This document shows, one piece after another, positions 37,590 through 49,805 of a DNA stretch of 64,000 bases; position 1 is the first letter of the stretch; each line of letters begins with the position of its first letter. The notes beneath the pieces are model-generated. The model saw nothing but the letters and a program-made list of their open reading frames with translations, was not told the DNA's origin and made no database searches. Source of the stretch: Felis catus (lineage: Eukaryota); NCBI RefSeq assembly GCF_018350175.1, contig NC_058369.1, positions 2,916,001 to 2,980,000 of the forward strand, written 5' to 3'. The position numbers and the translations under genes are program-made.

Positions 37590-38372
37590 ATTATTTTATT
37601 TTTTTAATATTTATTTATTTTTAGAGAGAGAGAGACAGACTGCGAGTGGGGGAGGCACAGAGGGAGAGGGAGACACAGAATCCGAAGCAGGCTCCAAGCT
37701 CTGAGCTGTCAGCACAGAGCCTGACGTGGGGCTGAACCCACAAACCGTGAGATCATGACCTGAGCCAGAGTCAGATGCATAACCGACTGAGCCACCCAGG
37801 AGCCCCATTAATTTACATATTCTTTATTAATACATTATGCTATCGTATGTTTTGTGTTATATATGCAATTATGTGCAATTACATATAATCGTATGTATAA
37901 TTGTGTGTTTTTACATGTAACGTAAAGTATAGAACATATTGTATATTTTCTATTTTATTTTGCACGTAAGTATTTTATTTGAACAAGTTTTAGGGGGGCG
38001 CCTGGGTGACTCAGTCGGTTGAGCATCTGACTTCGGCTCAGGTCATGATCTCACGATTTGGGAGTTCAAGCCCCTAATTGGGCTCCATGCTTTCAGCGCA
38101 GAGAATGATTTGGAATCTGTCTCCCCTTCTCTCTCTGCCCCTCCCCCGCTTGAGATCTCTCTCCCTCAAAAATAAACATTAAAAATAAAATAAAATAAAA
38201 TAAATTTTTTAACTTCATTTATCTATTTTGAGAGAGACCGAGCATGAGCAGAGGAGGGGCAGAGAGCGAGGGGGAGAGAGAGAATCCCAAGCAGGCTCCC
38301 CACTGTCAGCACAGAGCCCGATGCGGGGCTTGATCTCACGAGCCGCGAGATCATGACCTGAGCAGAAGTCAA
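37590..38372. mobile_element. Three CanSINEs (minus 37590-37807, plus 37993-38205, minus 38205-38372) in an AT-rich low-complexity tract
   Basis: SINE heads and tails visible by inspection. Confidence 0.85.
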
Positions 38373-39524
38373 GTCAGAGTTGTTTCTTCCCCGGGGAAAC
38401 CTCAATGCCTTTCCCTTGCGTGAGACCCCTATTGTGGAGGGAGGTCTTGTGCTTAAAGTCGCCACCTGCTGGACGCGAACACGTCTACCAGAAACCTTCA
38501 GGGCAGCACGGAGACTGTCGCTGCAGCCTGGCCGAGCATCTGTCCTGGCTCCTGCTGTATGCAGCCCGGAGCCCAGACACCTAACGTACGTTTGTGAACT
38601 GAAGGAAAAGTCTCCCTCGGGTCCTCAGTTTCCCAGTCTGCACCAAGGAGCTGGATGCTTTCCCCACCCTGACATTTCGGCTGCAGCTGGGCCACATCCT
38701 GCTAGGTTAGGGGCCCAGGTAGGCTTTATGTGGACCCGCCCAGGGTTGGGAGGCTGAATCACATCCTGATGAGAACCGGACATCCTGGGCTGCAAAAAAC
38801 CCCCGCTGGGGTCGGTGCACATGTGCGGACCAGGCACAAGGGGGCAGTAGAGGGCAATGACTGGAATCAGCTTGGCCACCGGGTAGTTTCTCTGACTCCA
38901 GCCTGTGGGGCCAGCCTCAGTTTCCTCCCCTGTGCAATGGGCTCCTACCTGCCTCCGAGGATTGCTGTGGGGAGGAAATAAGATCGTGCCGCGAACATTC
39001 CAACCCGGCACACAGCGAGTGCCCTGTCCATGGGGTAAGTGAGGGTTCAGACTCGGTCTAGACCAGGATTTGACGCCTCAGACGTTGATGGGCAACTGGG
39101 CAGGCAGGTGCACGTGAGAGAAGGAACCAGAGCAAAAGTCCGGCCCCCAGGTGAGCGGGAGGGGCCCACATTCAGCTCCTGGGGGGTTGTTACCACTCAC
39201 AGAGGGCGGGTCCGTAATTGAAGGAAAGACGGAAACCCGAAATATTTGTGTCACGTCTGACTCGGCAGCAAATTTAAGATGCTTTTAAGTGCTGTGTGGG
39301 CAGGACAAGGCTAGAGGTGGGGCCTCAGCCGTCAGTCTGCAGTTGGGGGTCACCTGGCAGGTGGCTGGTGTCTCTCCTGGGCTCTGGGGCCCTGGACTCA
39401 TTCAGGAGTCACCCGTGTTGGGAGCAAGGGTGGCAGCTACAGACAAGACCGAGAGAGCAGACGTGTGACTTGACTCTTCAGCCCCCGTCTGCCTTTTCTG
39501 TCCTTCTTCAAGGCGTGGTTTTCT

Positions 39525-40001
39525 TTTGAGGGAAAATTCACACAGCATAGGATCAACGGTTTTCAGTGCACGATTCAGTGACGTCTGGTACATTCACAAT
39601 GCTGTGCAGCCGTCACCTCTATCAAGTTCCAGAACATTCCATCTCCCTAAAAAGTAACCCTGGCCTCATCAGCTGCCCCCCCCCCAACCCCGGCCCCCAC
39701 GAGCCCCCTTCCCGTCCGTGGACGGGCCTGTTCTGGACGTTTCACGCACGTGGACTCACACCCCGTGTGGCCTCTCGTGTCTGGTTCCCTCCCTGAGCGT
39801 CGTGTGTTCGGGGTCCGTTTCTGGGGGGCAGCGGGTGTGGGCGTCTCGCTCCTGCTCGCGGCCGGGTGACCTTCCGGTGCGTGAGGGACACATATCCCTT
39901 CACCCATCCATGGACACGGCGTGTTTCCACTTTGTGGCTACTGTGAATCATATCACACTGGGGTGTAGGTTTTTTTTTTTTTAAGCTTATTTATTTTTTG
40001 G

Positions 40002-40059
<58 letters not shown>

Positions 40060-40190
40060 ATCCTAAGCAGGCTCCATGCTGTCAGCATAGAGCCCGACAC
40101 CAGGGCTCGAACCTACGAACCGTGAGATCCTGACCTGAGCTGAAGTCAAGAGTCACGCTTCACTGACTGAACCCCCCCCCCGGCACCCCT
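39525..40190 (-). mobile_element. Old L1M 3' fragment followed by a CanSINE with a long (GA)n tract
   Basis: L1 3' UTR motif ttccagaacattccatc. SINE at about 39970-40190. Confidence 0.7.
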
Positions 40191-40768
40191 GCAGTGTGGG
40201 TGTTTGTGTGGACGCACGCGTTCATTTCCTTTGTGTCTGCTCCAGTTTGACCTTTGACCTGTATGACCCGAAAGCAACTTCCCGTTCATCCTTCCCCTCC
40301 CAGACCCGCCAGTGCGCCTGGATGTTCTGTGAGTGGGGGCGGGGGGGGGGGCAGGAAAGGAAGACGGAAAGGAAGAGGAACAGACAGAGGGAGCGAAGGG
40401 CTTTGAAAAGGAAAGGAGGAAGCATTCCATCGCCCTCCTCTCCCCACGGCTCTGGCTCCCCGTTGGGCTGAGCCCGCACTGCTGAGTTGCAGAGGTGAAT
40501 TAGCGCTTCCCTGAGTCAGCACGCCCTGCAGCGAGGGCCTCTGGCGGCCCCGGGCTCTCTGCAGACCTTCTGCCTCCCGGGATGGAGTATTTCGCCGGGA
40601 GCAAAGGAGCCGGGGCGCCTGGGTCCAATGCACCGCCGTTGAGCTCCCCAAAGCGGTCCAGGCGTTGCCAGGAAAAAACCGCCTGGTTTTGCAAATCCAT
40701 GCCCGGCCAAGCATCAAGGGCCACAAGCACACGGTCGGTGGCGTTACTTTAAAAGACACCCAGGGACT

Positions 40769-40978
40769 TGGGGTGCCTGGGTGGCGCAGTCGGTTAAGCG
40801 TCCGACTTCAGCCAGGTCACGATCTCGCGGTCCGGGAGTTCGAGCCCCGCGTCGGGCTCTAGGCTGACGGCTCAGAGCCTGGAGCCTGTTTCCGATTCTG
40901 TGTCTCCCTCTCTCTCTGCCCCTCCCCCGTTCATGCTCTGTCTCTCTCTGTCCCAAAAATAAATAAACGTTGAAAAAA
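40769..40978 (+). mobile_element. Young CanSINE with perfect TSD
   Basis: TSD aaaagacacccagggact on both flanks; the body is close to the other young copies. Confidence 0.93.
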
Positions 40979-41084
40979 GACACCCAGGGACTCCCCAGAC
41001 ACCCCCCCCCCCGAGTCTTGTCCATGCTGTTTGTTTGCACTCCGCGCTCTGGTGACTGATACCTGCTCTCTGCTGGGTCCGCAG

Positions 41085-41143
41085 GCCACTCCCGGAAGAG
41101 ACAGGGATGGACCCGCTTGGCAGCCCCACGGAAGACACGTCCT
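41085..41143 (+). CDS. ATCAY: ATCAY exon 3 (59 nt)
   Basis: gcAG|G CCA CTC CCG GAA GAG... encodes PLPEETGMDPLGSPTEDTS. Donor T|GTAAGT, phase 2-1. Confidence 0.93.
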
Positions 41144-42097
41144 GTAAGTTTCCACGGGTGCAAAAACGGGCATGCTGTTTCCAGGTCCTGCTCTGCCTCA
41201 GGCTGTAGCTGTCGAAATGTCCGAGGCGGACCGTCAGGGAAGGGGGGCCTTCTGCGCGAGGCCTGGAGGGAAAGCGACCATTGGGGGTGCGGGGGGGGGG
41301 GGAGATGCGCGGCCGAGTCACGTGGTGTTGCTGTGTATCCTTCAGCTGGTTGCCCGGCCTCTCTGTGCCTCCAAGTCCTTATTATTAAATGCAGGTCGTG
41401 AGCTCCCCGCAGAAGGGGGACTGCCAGGATTAAATGAGGTGACATGTGTTAAGTGCCCAGGGGACGCCAGGCGCGAAGTCAGCCCTGGAGGGCTCTGCTG
41501 TCCTAAGCGCTCAGGAAGGCTCACGGCTCTGAGGACCCAAAGTCCCAGAATTTGGGGACAGGGGGTCCAGGACAGCCAGAGGAACTGTCCTAAACATGTG
41601 TTCTCCTCAGTGGCATCCCCTCACGTGGTCTTGCTGGGGGGGAGGGGCCCCCACTCTGCCTGCGTCTCCCCCATGCATCTCATCACAGCTCATCCTACCC
41701 TTTCGGAGGAAAGACTGACCAGAGAGGGACAGCCGCGCCCCTGATGTCACACAGCAGTAAGAGCTAAGACCAGCTCGTCCCAGCTTTCTGGGACCACTCA
41801 GGATGGTTGGTCCCCCTAGAGTACTGGGCCTGCTTCTGACCTGAGCACATGGACTCTGCCTGTCGTTGTCACCCCCAGAGGGTGATCTGGGGCGAGTCCC
41901 CTGACTATGTTGGCGCTCTGTTTCCTACCTCTGCAAAACGAGAGGTGTGTGATAACCATACCCCTCTTCCTAGGTGTGACTGGTTGAATCGCAGCCCCCA
42001 AAGCATATCCAGATCCTAATCCTGGAATCTGTGAATGTCCCCTCACATGGCAAAAGGGACTTCGCAAATGACATTTAGTTAAGGAGATGGAGAGACT

Positions 42098-42731
42098 TGG
42101 TGGTCAAGTTTATGTGTCCACTTGGCTGGGCCACAGTACCCAGAGATGTGGTCACGCATTATTCTAGAGGTTTCCATTGAGAGTCACTCTTTCAATGAGA
42201 TTCACATTTAAATGACTAGACTCTGAGTAGAGTAGATTGCATTCCCTAATATGGGTGGGTCTCATCTAATCAGTTGAGGGCCGGAAGAGGAAGAAGACTC
42301 AGGGCAAAATTCCTCTTCAGCTGTGAACACGTGAAACCCCGGCAGGTTATTTGCTTCCAAAATATGATGGTGGGACAGGCATGGGATAGACGTCCTCGTT
42401 CCGAAAAGCAGAAACAGGAGGAAAAAGGGATCGTCAGTCCCAGCAAGTCTGAAATTTGGCAGGACAAATTCCATCAGATTTTTTTTTTTTAGTGAAAATT
42501 CTATTCGATTTTCTTTCTTTATTTATTTTTGAGAGAGAGAGAGAGAGAGAGAGGGACAGTGCAAGTAGGGGAGGGGCAGAAAGAGAGAGAGAGAGACAGA
42601 ATCCCAGGCTCCACGCTGTCAGCACGGAGCCCGACACGGGGCTCAAACTCACGAACCGTGAGATCATGACCTGAGCCGAAACCAAGAGTCAGACGCTTAG
42701 CCGACTGAGCCCCGCGCCCGCCAGGTGCCCC
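42098..42731. mobile_element. MLT2-like ERVL LTR fragment followed by a minus-strand CanSINE (about 42500-42731)
   Basis: tttatgtgtccacttggctgggccacagtacccaga...atgggtgggtctcatctaatcagttgagggcc. Confidence 0.7.
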
Positions 42732-43830
42732 ATGGCTATTTTGTTTTTATTGTTCTCTGCAAAAGCACACATTTACATCCCGGGGTGTGTGTCCTGAGGT
42801 GGTCACCTCTGACCCGTGGTTTAGGGCTGGAGAAATTCAAAGACAAAAAGGGGAAGGAGCTTGTCCGTTGAATTACGTGTCGATGAATGTCTTCATCTGG
42901 CGAGGGAGGGGCAGGGCTCTCCTATTGGCTCTTTTGTTTTGTCCTCACTGTCCACCGATGATTCCGTCTGCTGACGCTTCTGGGGGAGAGTTCCCAAGGT
43001 CTCTGGAAGAACAACCTGTCTCCCTTGAGCTGGCTCGGGAGCATCTGGGGGCTTACCCCCCGTAAGGCGTAAGGCAACCTCCGTCAGGGGCTAGCCCTGC
43101 TCAGCTAGCTGTCGGATCAGCGTTAACCCCTTGGAGGCAGCCCGGGGGGGGGGGGGGGGGGGGGGGAGGGGAGACCACCTCATACAAGGAGACCAGAGTT
43201 TCAGCTAAGAGTCTGCAGGAAAAAGCAGTTCAAACCGTGAGGCATACCCACTCTGACCAGCTCCAGAGAGATCCCTCTGTGCCTCAGTTTGCTCACCTGG
43301 TAAAGGGGACAATAACAGAACTCGCCTTGTGCGGATATTGCAAAGTCGAAACAGGAAAGCGCTTGGGGGGGGGGGGTGCTGCGAAGAGGGCCTGGCCCGT
43401 GCGATGTGATCGGTAAACTTCAGCGATTACGGAGGTGAACATCACCGAGAGCTGAAAAGCAGAACGTGGGCGTCCTCTGCCAGCCCCATCCGGAAGGCAA
43501 CAGTGATCGCAGGTGTCGGCAGGCCCACCGTCTAGAGCCGGGCAGGCCATCCGTGTGACCCTGACCTGACTCACCGTTGCGAGTCTCACCTAGCGGCCGG
43601 TAAAATTAAGTCAGGCTCCGTCTGCGGGGTCACAGAGCCGGGAAGCAGCGAGGTCCAGGCGCCCGCCCTTGACGTCCAGGCGGCGAGGGCACGGCATGAA
43701 CCTGTCCGGAAGGGATGTCGCCTGACTTGCAACCACCTGGTGGGGCAGACCTCTCACCGGGTCGGGAACCGGGCAGGGGGAGCAAGGAGGAAGAAGCCGC
43801 AGCTGTTTTGTTCTCCCGCTTCCCAAACAG

Positions 43831-44052
43831 CCCCTCCCAACACATTGAACTTCAACGGAGCTCATCGTAAGCGGAAGACACTGGTCGCCCCCGAGATCAA
43901 CATTTCGCTGGATCAGAGCGAGGGCTCCCTGCTGTCCGACGACTTCCTGGACACCCCTGATGACCTCGATATCAACGTGGACGACATCGAGACCCCGGAC
44001 GAGACCGACTCGCTGGAGTTTCTGGGAAATGGCGAGGAGCTGGAGTGGGAAG
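43831..44052 (+). CDS. ATCAY: ATCAY exon 4 (222 nt)
   Basis: [32 protein letters not shown]...[22 protein letters not shown] boundaries, phase 1-1. Confidence 0.97.
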
Positions 44053-44745
44053 GTGAGGCCCCCTCCCCCGCTGCGGCCCCACACCCGTTTTCCTTGAGGA
44101 CTTGGGGGTTTGTCCAGGGGGCGTGGCCCTCCCGTGACTCTCAAAGGTGACCACGTCCGAAATGAAGTGCCTCCAACTCATTGCACAGCTGTCCGGGGAG
44201 CATTTCTTCGGGAGCAGATCTCGACTGGGGTGCGGGGCGGGTGGCGGGGACGCGGCAGGAAGAGGGGGTGCCCCGCCCCAGGCACGGTCGCCAGAAAGAC
44301 AGACGCGAGGCACCAAAGCCAAAACTCACAAGCTGATCGCCCCTGGTGCTCAGTGCTGTGAGGGAAACAAGGTGAGATGTGGGGACGGGGCAGAGGGGCT
44401 CACCCGAGGGGTGGTCCTGCCCCAGGGGACACAGGGCCGCGTCTGGGGACGTCTGGGGCCGTTGCACTGGGGCTGCTCCTGGCACTGAGTGGGGCGGCCA
44501 GGATGCCCACCTGGGACGCCCCGAACGTGTGCAGTGCTGAGACGGGGAAGGATCGGCGTTACCTCTTTAGCTGTTTGCTGGAACTCGGCCTCGAAGCCAC
44601 CCGGCCCTCGGCGGGCTGGAGGGAGGGAGGGAGGGAGGGAGGGAGTTTCCGCCCCTGATCCAATCGCCCTGCCGTCATGGGTCTATCCCATTTTTCTATT
44701 TCTTCCTGAGTCAGTTCTGGTGGTTTGTGCGTTTCTTAGAATTTA

Positions 44746-44958
44746 AATTTTTTTTAACGTTTATTTATTTTTGAGACAGAGAGAGACAGAGCGTGAACAG
44801 GGGAGGGGCAGAGAGAGAGGGAGACACAGAATCGGAAACAGGCTCCAGGCTCTGAGCTGTCAGCACAGAGCCTGACGCGAGGCTCGAACTCACGGACCGT
44901 GAGATCATGACCTGAGCCGAAGTCAGACACTTAACCGACTGAGCCACCCAGGCGCCCC
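44746..44958 (-). mobile_element. Young CanSINE with perfect TSD
   Basis: TSD gcgtttcttagaattta on both flanks. Confidence 0.93.
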
Positions 44959-45601
44959 GCGTTTCTTAGAATTTAGCTGTTTCGTCTAGGCCACCCGACG
45001 CGTGTGCGGTGATTTGTGGGATTCTCTCATCATTGTGTTTATTCCTGTCGCCCCAGAGGGGTTTTAGATGGGCCTCTGGCGGCTGAGGTAGGGGACGCGC
45101 CGGAAGGAGGGGTCAGGGCTGGATGAAACACGGGAGGCGGAGGAGGACCGGGCTGTGGAGAGCCGTGTGCGTCACTAGGGGCCGGGCAAGCGTGCAGGGG
45201 ATCCCGGTGCCAGGCCGCATCGTCTCTCCGTGTGCCAGGCTCCAAGGAGGGCACAGAATGAGAGCGCCCGTGCCCTTGAGCGCCCTCGCGGTTTGATGAA
45301 GCAGACAGACACATTCACGGGCTCCGAGCCCCAAGCCCACAGAGTGGTCTAGGAAGCCAGGCTTTCTGGAGAAGGTGGCATTTGAGCCAGGCCGTGAAGG
45401 GAGAGCAGGGGGAGGGGGGAAGTGGACGAGCAGGGCCTCTGGGCGGGGAGAAGCACGTGGGCAAGGTCACGGGGGAAGCAGGAGGGTCACGCGTCCACAG
45501 GCAGCAGAGGCAGAGGGGGCCGGGGCGGGAGGCTGGGACCCAACGTCTGGACTGAGACGTCCCTTCTGCTCCCTCCCCCCCCCCCCCCGGCTGGCTTCCA
45601 G

Positions 45602-45787
45602 ATGACACCCCGGTGGCCGCCGCGAAGAACATGCCCGGTGACAGTGCAGATCTGTTCGGGGACGGCGCAGTGGAGGACGGCGGTGCCACCAACGGGCGCC
45701 TCTGGCGGACGGTGATCATCGGAGAACAAGAACACCGGATTGACCTGCACATGATCCGACCCTACATGAGGGTAGTGACCCACGGAG
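45602..45787 (+). CDS. ATCAY: ATCAY exon 5 (186 nt)
   Basis: [20 protein letters not shown]...[30 protein letters not shown]. Donor G|GTGAG. Confidence 0.97.
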
Positions 45788-46072
45788 GTGAGACCGCACC
45801 CCGCGAGCTCCCCCTGGCTCCAGCCGGGCCGACCGGAGGTCATCAGAGGCTCCCTCTGAAGCTCAGTCTCTTCATCCGAGACAGAGGGGCATTAAGCCCG
45901 GTGTCCCCATCAGAGGCAGGCCCGTCAGGGGTCTGCCGGCTCCCCAAGAGCTCCCATGACTCAGAGCCGTGTCCTCCGGGAAGGAAGGGGCTGGCTGGCG
46001 AGGGGGTGGGAGCCCGGGGAGGAGCCCGGGGCAGCTCGGAGCGCGAGCCACTCACCGGCCGCCTCTCCCCAG

Positions 46073-46175
46073 GGTACTACGGCGAGGGTCTCAACGCCAT
46101 CATCGTGTTCGCTGCCTGCTTCCTCCCGGACAGCAGCTCCCCCGACTACCACTACATCATGGAGAACCTCTTCCT
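46073..46175 (+). CDS. ATCAY: ATCAY exon 6 (103 nt), BCH/CRAL-TRIO domain
   Basis: [34 protein letters not shown](L). Donor CT|GTAAGT. Confidence 0.97.
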
Positions 46176-46662
46176 GTAAGTGGCCCGCCCGCCCGCTGCG
46201 CCCCGTGCCCATGGCTCCAAGAGCCCCAGCCCGTGGGCTGGACCAGGCTCCCGGGACCACCCCTCGTCACCCCCACTTACTGAGCCTTTACTCTTTGGCG
46301 GCCCGCGAGGCCACGCGCTTCGCGTGTGGAAACGCAGTCCACGCTCTGGGCAACCCTGTGGGGCGGACACCTCCTCCTACAGGTGCAGCCCCCAACACAC
46401 AGACAGGTTCAGTCACTTGCCCAAGGACACAGGGGTGCAGCTTCATAACGATGGAGTAACGCACCTGGCAGGTGACAGAAAGTGATTATGGAGGTTTCCT
46501 TCTGACTCGGTGGGGCTCCGGTGCCCGGTGGTTCAGAGGACGAGGAGGCACCTGGGGGAGGTCAGGGCAGGAAGGGGCCCCAGAATCCAGGGAGCCCAGC
46601 CTCCCCCCATCCCCCACCTTCAGGTGGGGAAGTAGAGGCTGAGACAGAGGAAAAGGTTTTCT

Positions 46663-47055
46663 GGGGCGCCGGGGTGGGTCAGGTCATGATCTTGCGGCTC
46701 CCGAGTTCAAGCCCCATGTCGGGCTCCGCGCTCACAGCGTGGAGCCCACTTTGGACCCTCTGTCCACCTCCCTCTCTGCCCCTCCCCTGCTCGCTCTCTC
46801 TCTGTCAAAATAAACAGACATTTGGGGCGCCTGGGTGGCGCAGTCGGTTAAGCGTCCGACTTCAGCCAGGTCACGATCTCGCTGTCGTGAGTTCGATCCC
46901 CGCGTCGGGCTCTGGGCTGATGGCTCAGAGCCTGGAGCCTGTTTCCCATTCTGCGTCTCCCTCTCTCTCTGCCCCTCCCCCATTCATGCTCTGTCTCTCT
47001 CTGTCCCAAAAATAAATAAACGTTGAAAAAAAAATTAAAATAGACATTTAAAAAA
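46663..47055 (+). mobile_element. CanSINE with a younger CanSINE (from about 46824) inserted in its tail
   Basis: Two heads; flanks share agacattt. Confidence 0.85.
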
Positions 47056-47498
47056 ATAATAGTAACAGTAAACAAAAAGAAAAAAGTTTCTAAAGTCGCT
47101 CCGGGAGAGACGGGGCCGGGACGGGACCCGGGACCCGCAACGTCTGGTGCGGTGGGCCGTCCACTGTGGGTGCCCGTTCCCCGGCCGTCCCCGGGGCCGT
47201 TGGGACCCCCTCTCCGGATTAACGGAGACGCTAGATGCTGTCATGCGCGTAAAACCCTTGGCGCCTAATAAGTGCTTAGTGAGATGGTGACCCCTGCTAT
47301 CCCTAGGCCCACGGCCACTAACTTGGGGTGGGCTGGGGTCTGCAGCCTCACCACCCCGAGCAGGCGGGGCTGGCCCAGCACGGCAGGGGGCAGCAAAGAG
47401 CGCAGGCGCCCACGGGGCGCTCGTGGCGCGGACGGGGGGCGGGGCTTCCTAACTCCGGCCCCCCTGCTGGGCCCCCCATCTTCCCCACACGTGACCAG

Positions 47499-47630
47499 GT
47501 ACGTCATCAGCAGTCTGGAGCTGCTGGTGGCCGAGGACTACATGATCGTCTACCTGAACGGCGCCACCCCCCGGCGGAGGATGCCTGGCATCGGCTGGCT
47601 GAAGAAGTGTTATCAGATGATCGACAGGAG
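47499..47630 (+). CDS. ATCAY: ATCAY exon 7 (132 nt), BCH domain
   Basis: [43 protein letters not shown](R). Donor AG|GTGAGT. Confidence 0.97.
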
Positions 47631-48325
47631 GTGAGTGCGTGGGCGGAAGGGCCCGGGAGGGAGGGGTCTTCACCCCCGCGGAGCAGGGGACCCCGGAGCC
47701 CCCCCCCCCCCGAAGGCGGCGTGGCCGTAGGACAAACGACCTCAGACCGGATGGTTGAACGGACTTGATCGGCTCTTGAGTCTGTTCCGTGCGTCTCCTG
47801 GGGGGGGGGGGGGGGCACCGGCCGTCCTTGGCACACACCCCCCCCCAGCTTGGCGCGCCGCCCCTGTCGTGGTCACGTGGCCTTTCCCCGTGTGTCTGCG
47901 TCCAAACGTCCCCTCTTTATAAGGACACCAGTGATTGGATTACGTCCCATCCTGCCCTGGTGTGACTTTTAGAGAATTATGTCGGCCATGACCTTATTTT
48001 CTAAACGATGTCCCCGTTCTGAGGTCCAAGAGGTTAGGACTACAACATACAGATCTGGGGTTGGGGGGGGGGGGGACGCAGTTCAACGTGACCACAACAG
48101 GGGGTCAGAACCAGGGTGCCCCAGGACATCTTTCGGGGATGGGCCGCGCGACCACGCAGTCAAGAGCTCAGGCCCTGAATGAAGTGACACCTGGGGCTAG
48201 AGGTCAGCGTGGCCCCCACAAACCCCGCAAAGGGGGCTCGGCCTTCCGGACCCCCCCCCCAGCCCGGATGTGCCCGCCGGGAGCCCCTCCCTCCCCAGGG
48301 CCCACTTGCTCGGCTTCCCCCGCAG

Positions 48326-48412
48326 GTTGCGAAAGAACCTGAAATCGCTGATCATTGTGCACCCGTCCTGGTTCATCCGCACGGTGCTGGCGGTGTCCCG
48401 GCCTTTCATCAG
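48326..48412 (+). CDS. ATCAY: ATCAY exon 8 (87 nt), BCH domain
   Basis: [28 protein letters not shown](S). AG/GT boundaries. Confidence 0.97.
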
Positions 48413-48814
48413 GTGAGGCCGCCGCCGGGGCGGGCTCGCGCGTCTTTGCCGGGAATCCGAATCTTCCGGCTTCTGTGCGTGGGATGCGGACCTTGGCCTC
48501 AAGCTGTTTAAATCATGTGCGTTGTTAGTATTAAGGGACGAACACAGGAAAAATACTAGCAAAGCAGCTGTCCCATCCTAAACGCCGGATACCTCGTAGC
48601 GTGACAGCCACCACCGGAGAGGCTGACGCTGTCACGCCCGTGGCGTGGATGAGGGATCTGGGGCTCAGAAGGGTCAAGGCACGCAGCCAGGGTCACACAG
48701 CCAGGTGCTCGCCCGCCACACTCCCCCCGCCCCGTCCACTCCAGAACCTGTGCGGGGACCATTAGGACGCGAGGAGGGTCTGACCCGCTCCCGGCAATAA
48801 TGTCACGAGCCACG

Positions 48815-49805
48815 TGTGCCTTGGGGGGTCCTCGAGACCACCCTCAGGTTTGACGAGTCACTGGACGGACTCCCAGAGCTCAGAAAAGCTGTCGCGGTTT
48901 CCTACAGAGGAAGGACACGGGTTAAAGTTGGCGAAGCCCGAAGGTGCATATGGAGGTCCCAGGCGGGCAGTTGTCCCCTCCCCGGGGGTGGTAACAAAAA
49001 CCCTTAATTGTCCCTGCGAAGACGTGTGACAGCATACAGGAAGGTCCACCAACCGGGAAGCTCACCTTACTGTCTAGGGTTTCACTGTGGTTTGGCCACA
49101 TGGGGACCGAGTAGCCAGGGGGCTGACCTTAGTCTCCGACTTGAGCTGCCCCAGACGTCACGCCAATGTGACGTGCCCAAGATCTGCACCATAAACCACA
49201 TCTTTTTAAGTATATATGTATATTTTTTTCAATGTTTGTTTTGAGAGAGAGAGAGGTAGCATGAGTGGGGGAAGGGCAGAGAGAGGGGAGAGAAAGGATC
49301 CCCAGCAGGCTCCATCCATGGTGTCAGCACAGAGCCGGATGTGGGGCTCGAACCCACGTACTGTGAGATCATGACCTGAGCCGAAACCAAGAGTCGGACA
49401 CTTAATGGACTGAGCCACCCAGGCGCCCCGAGAGAGAGAAGGAGAGAGAGAAAATCCTAAGCAGTCTCTGTGCCCAGCCTGACTCGGAGCTCGGTCTCGT
49501 GACGGTGAGATCGCCACCTGAGCCCAAATCAGGAGTCAGACGCTTAAGGGACTGAGCCACCCAGGCGCCCCCTGAATGCATATTTAATTTGACATGACTC
49601 AGAGCATTGAATCGGATCCAGGTCCTTCGGGGGAGCCTGGTGGGCTCATTCGGGAGAACACACAGCTCTTGATCTCAGGGTCCTTGAGTTCGAGCCCCAG
49701 GTTGGCAGTACAGATTGCTTAAATACATATACTTAAAAAAAGAAAGGAAGGAAGGAAAGAAGGAAGGAGGGAGGGAGGGAGGGGAGGGAAGGAAGGAAGG
49801 AAGCT
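48815..49805. mobile_element. MER21-like LTR fragment, CanSINE cluster (49220-49740) and (GGAA/GGGA)n tract
   Basis: gagaccaccctcaggtt...cagagctcagaaaagctgt motif, SINE bodies, purine repeat at 49740-49803. Confidence 0.6.

Noticed and set aside
39020..39040. Additional RE1-like matches (also near 54285 and 62990)
   Set aside because: Only the GGACAG right half-site matches, and two of them lie inside repeats.
43144..43166. 23-G homopolymer as a functional G4
   Set aside because: Long G/C runs are common throughout the window and homopolymer length is unreliable; there is no other support.
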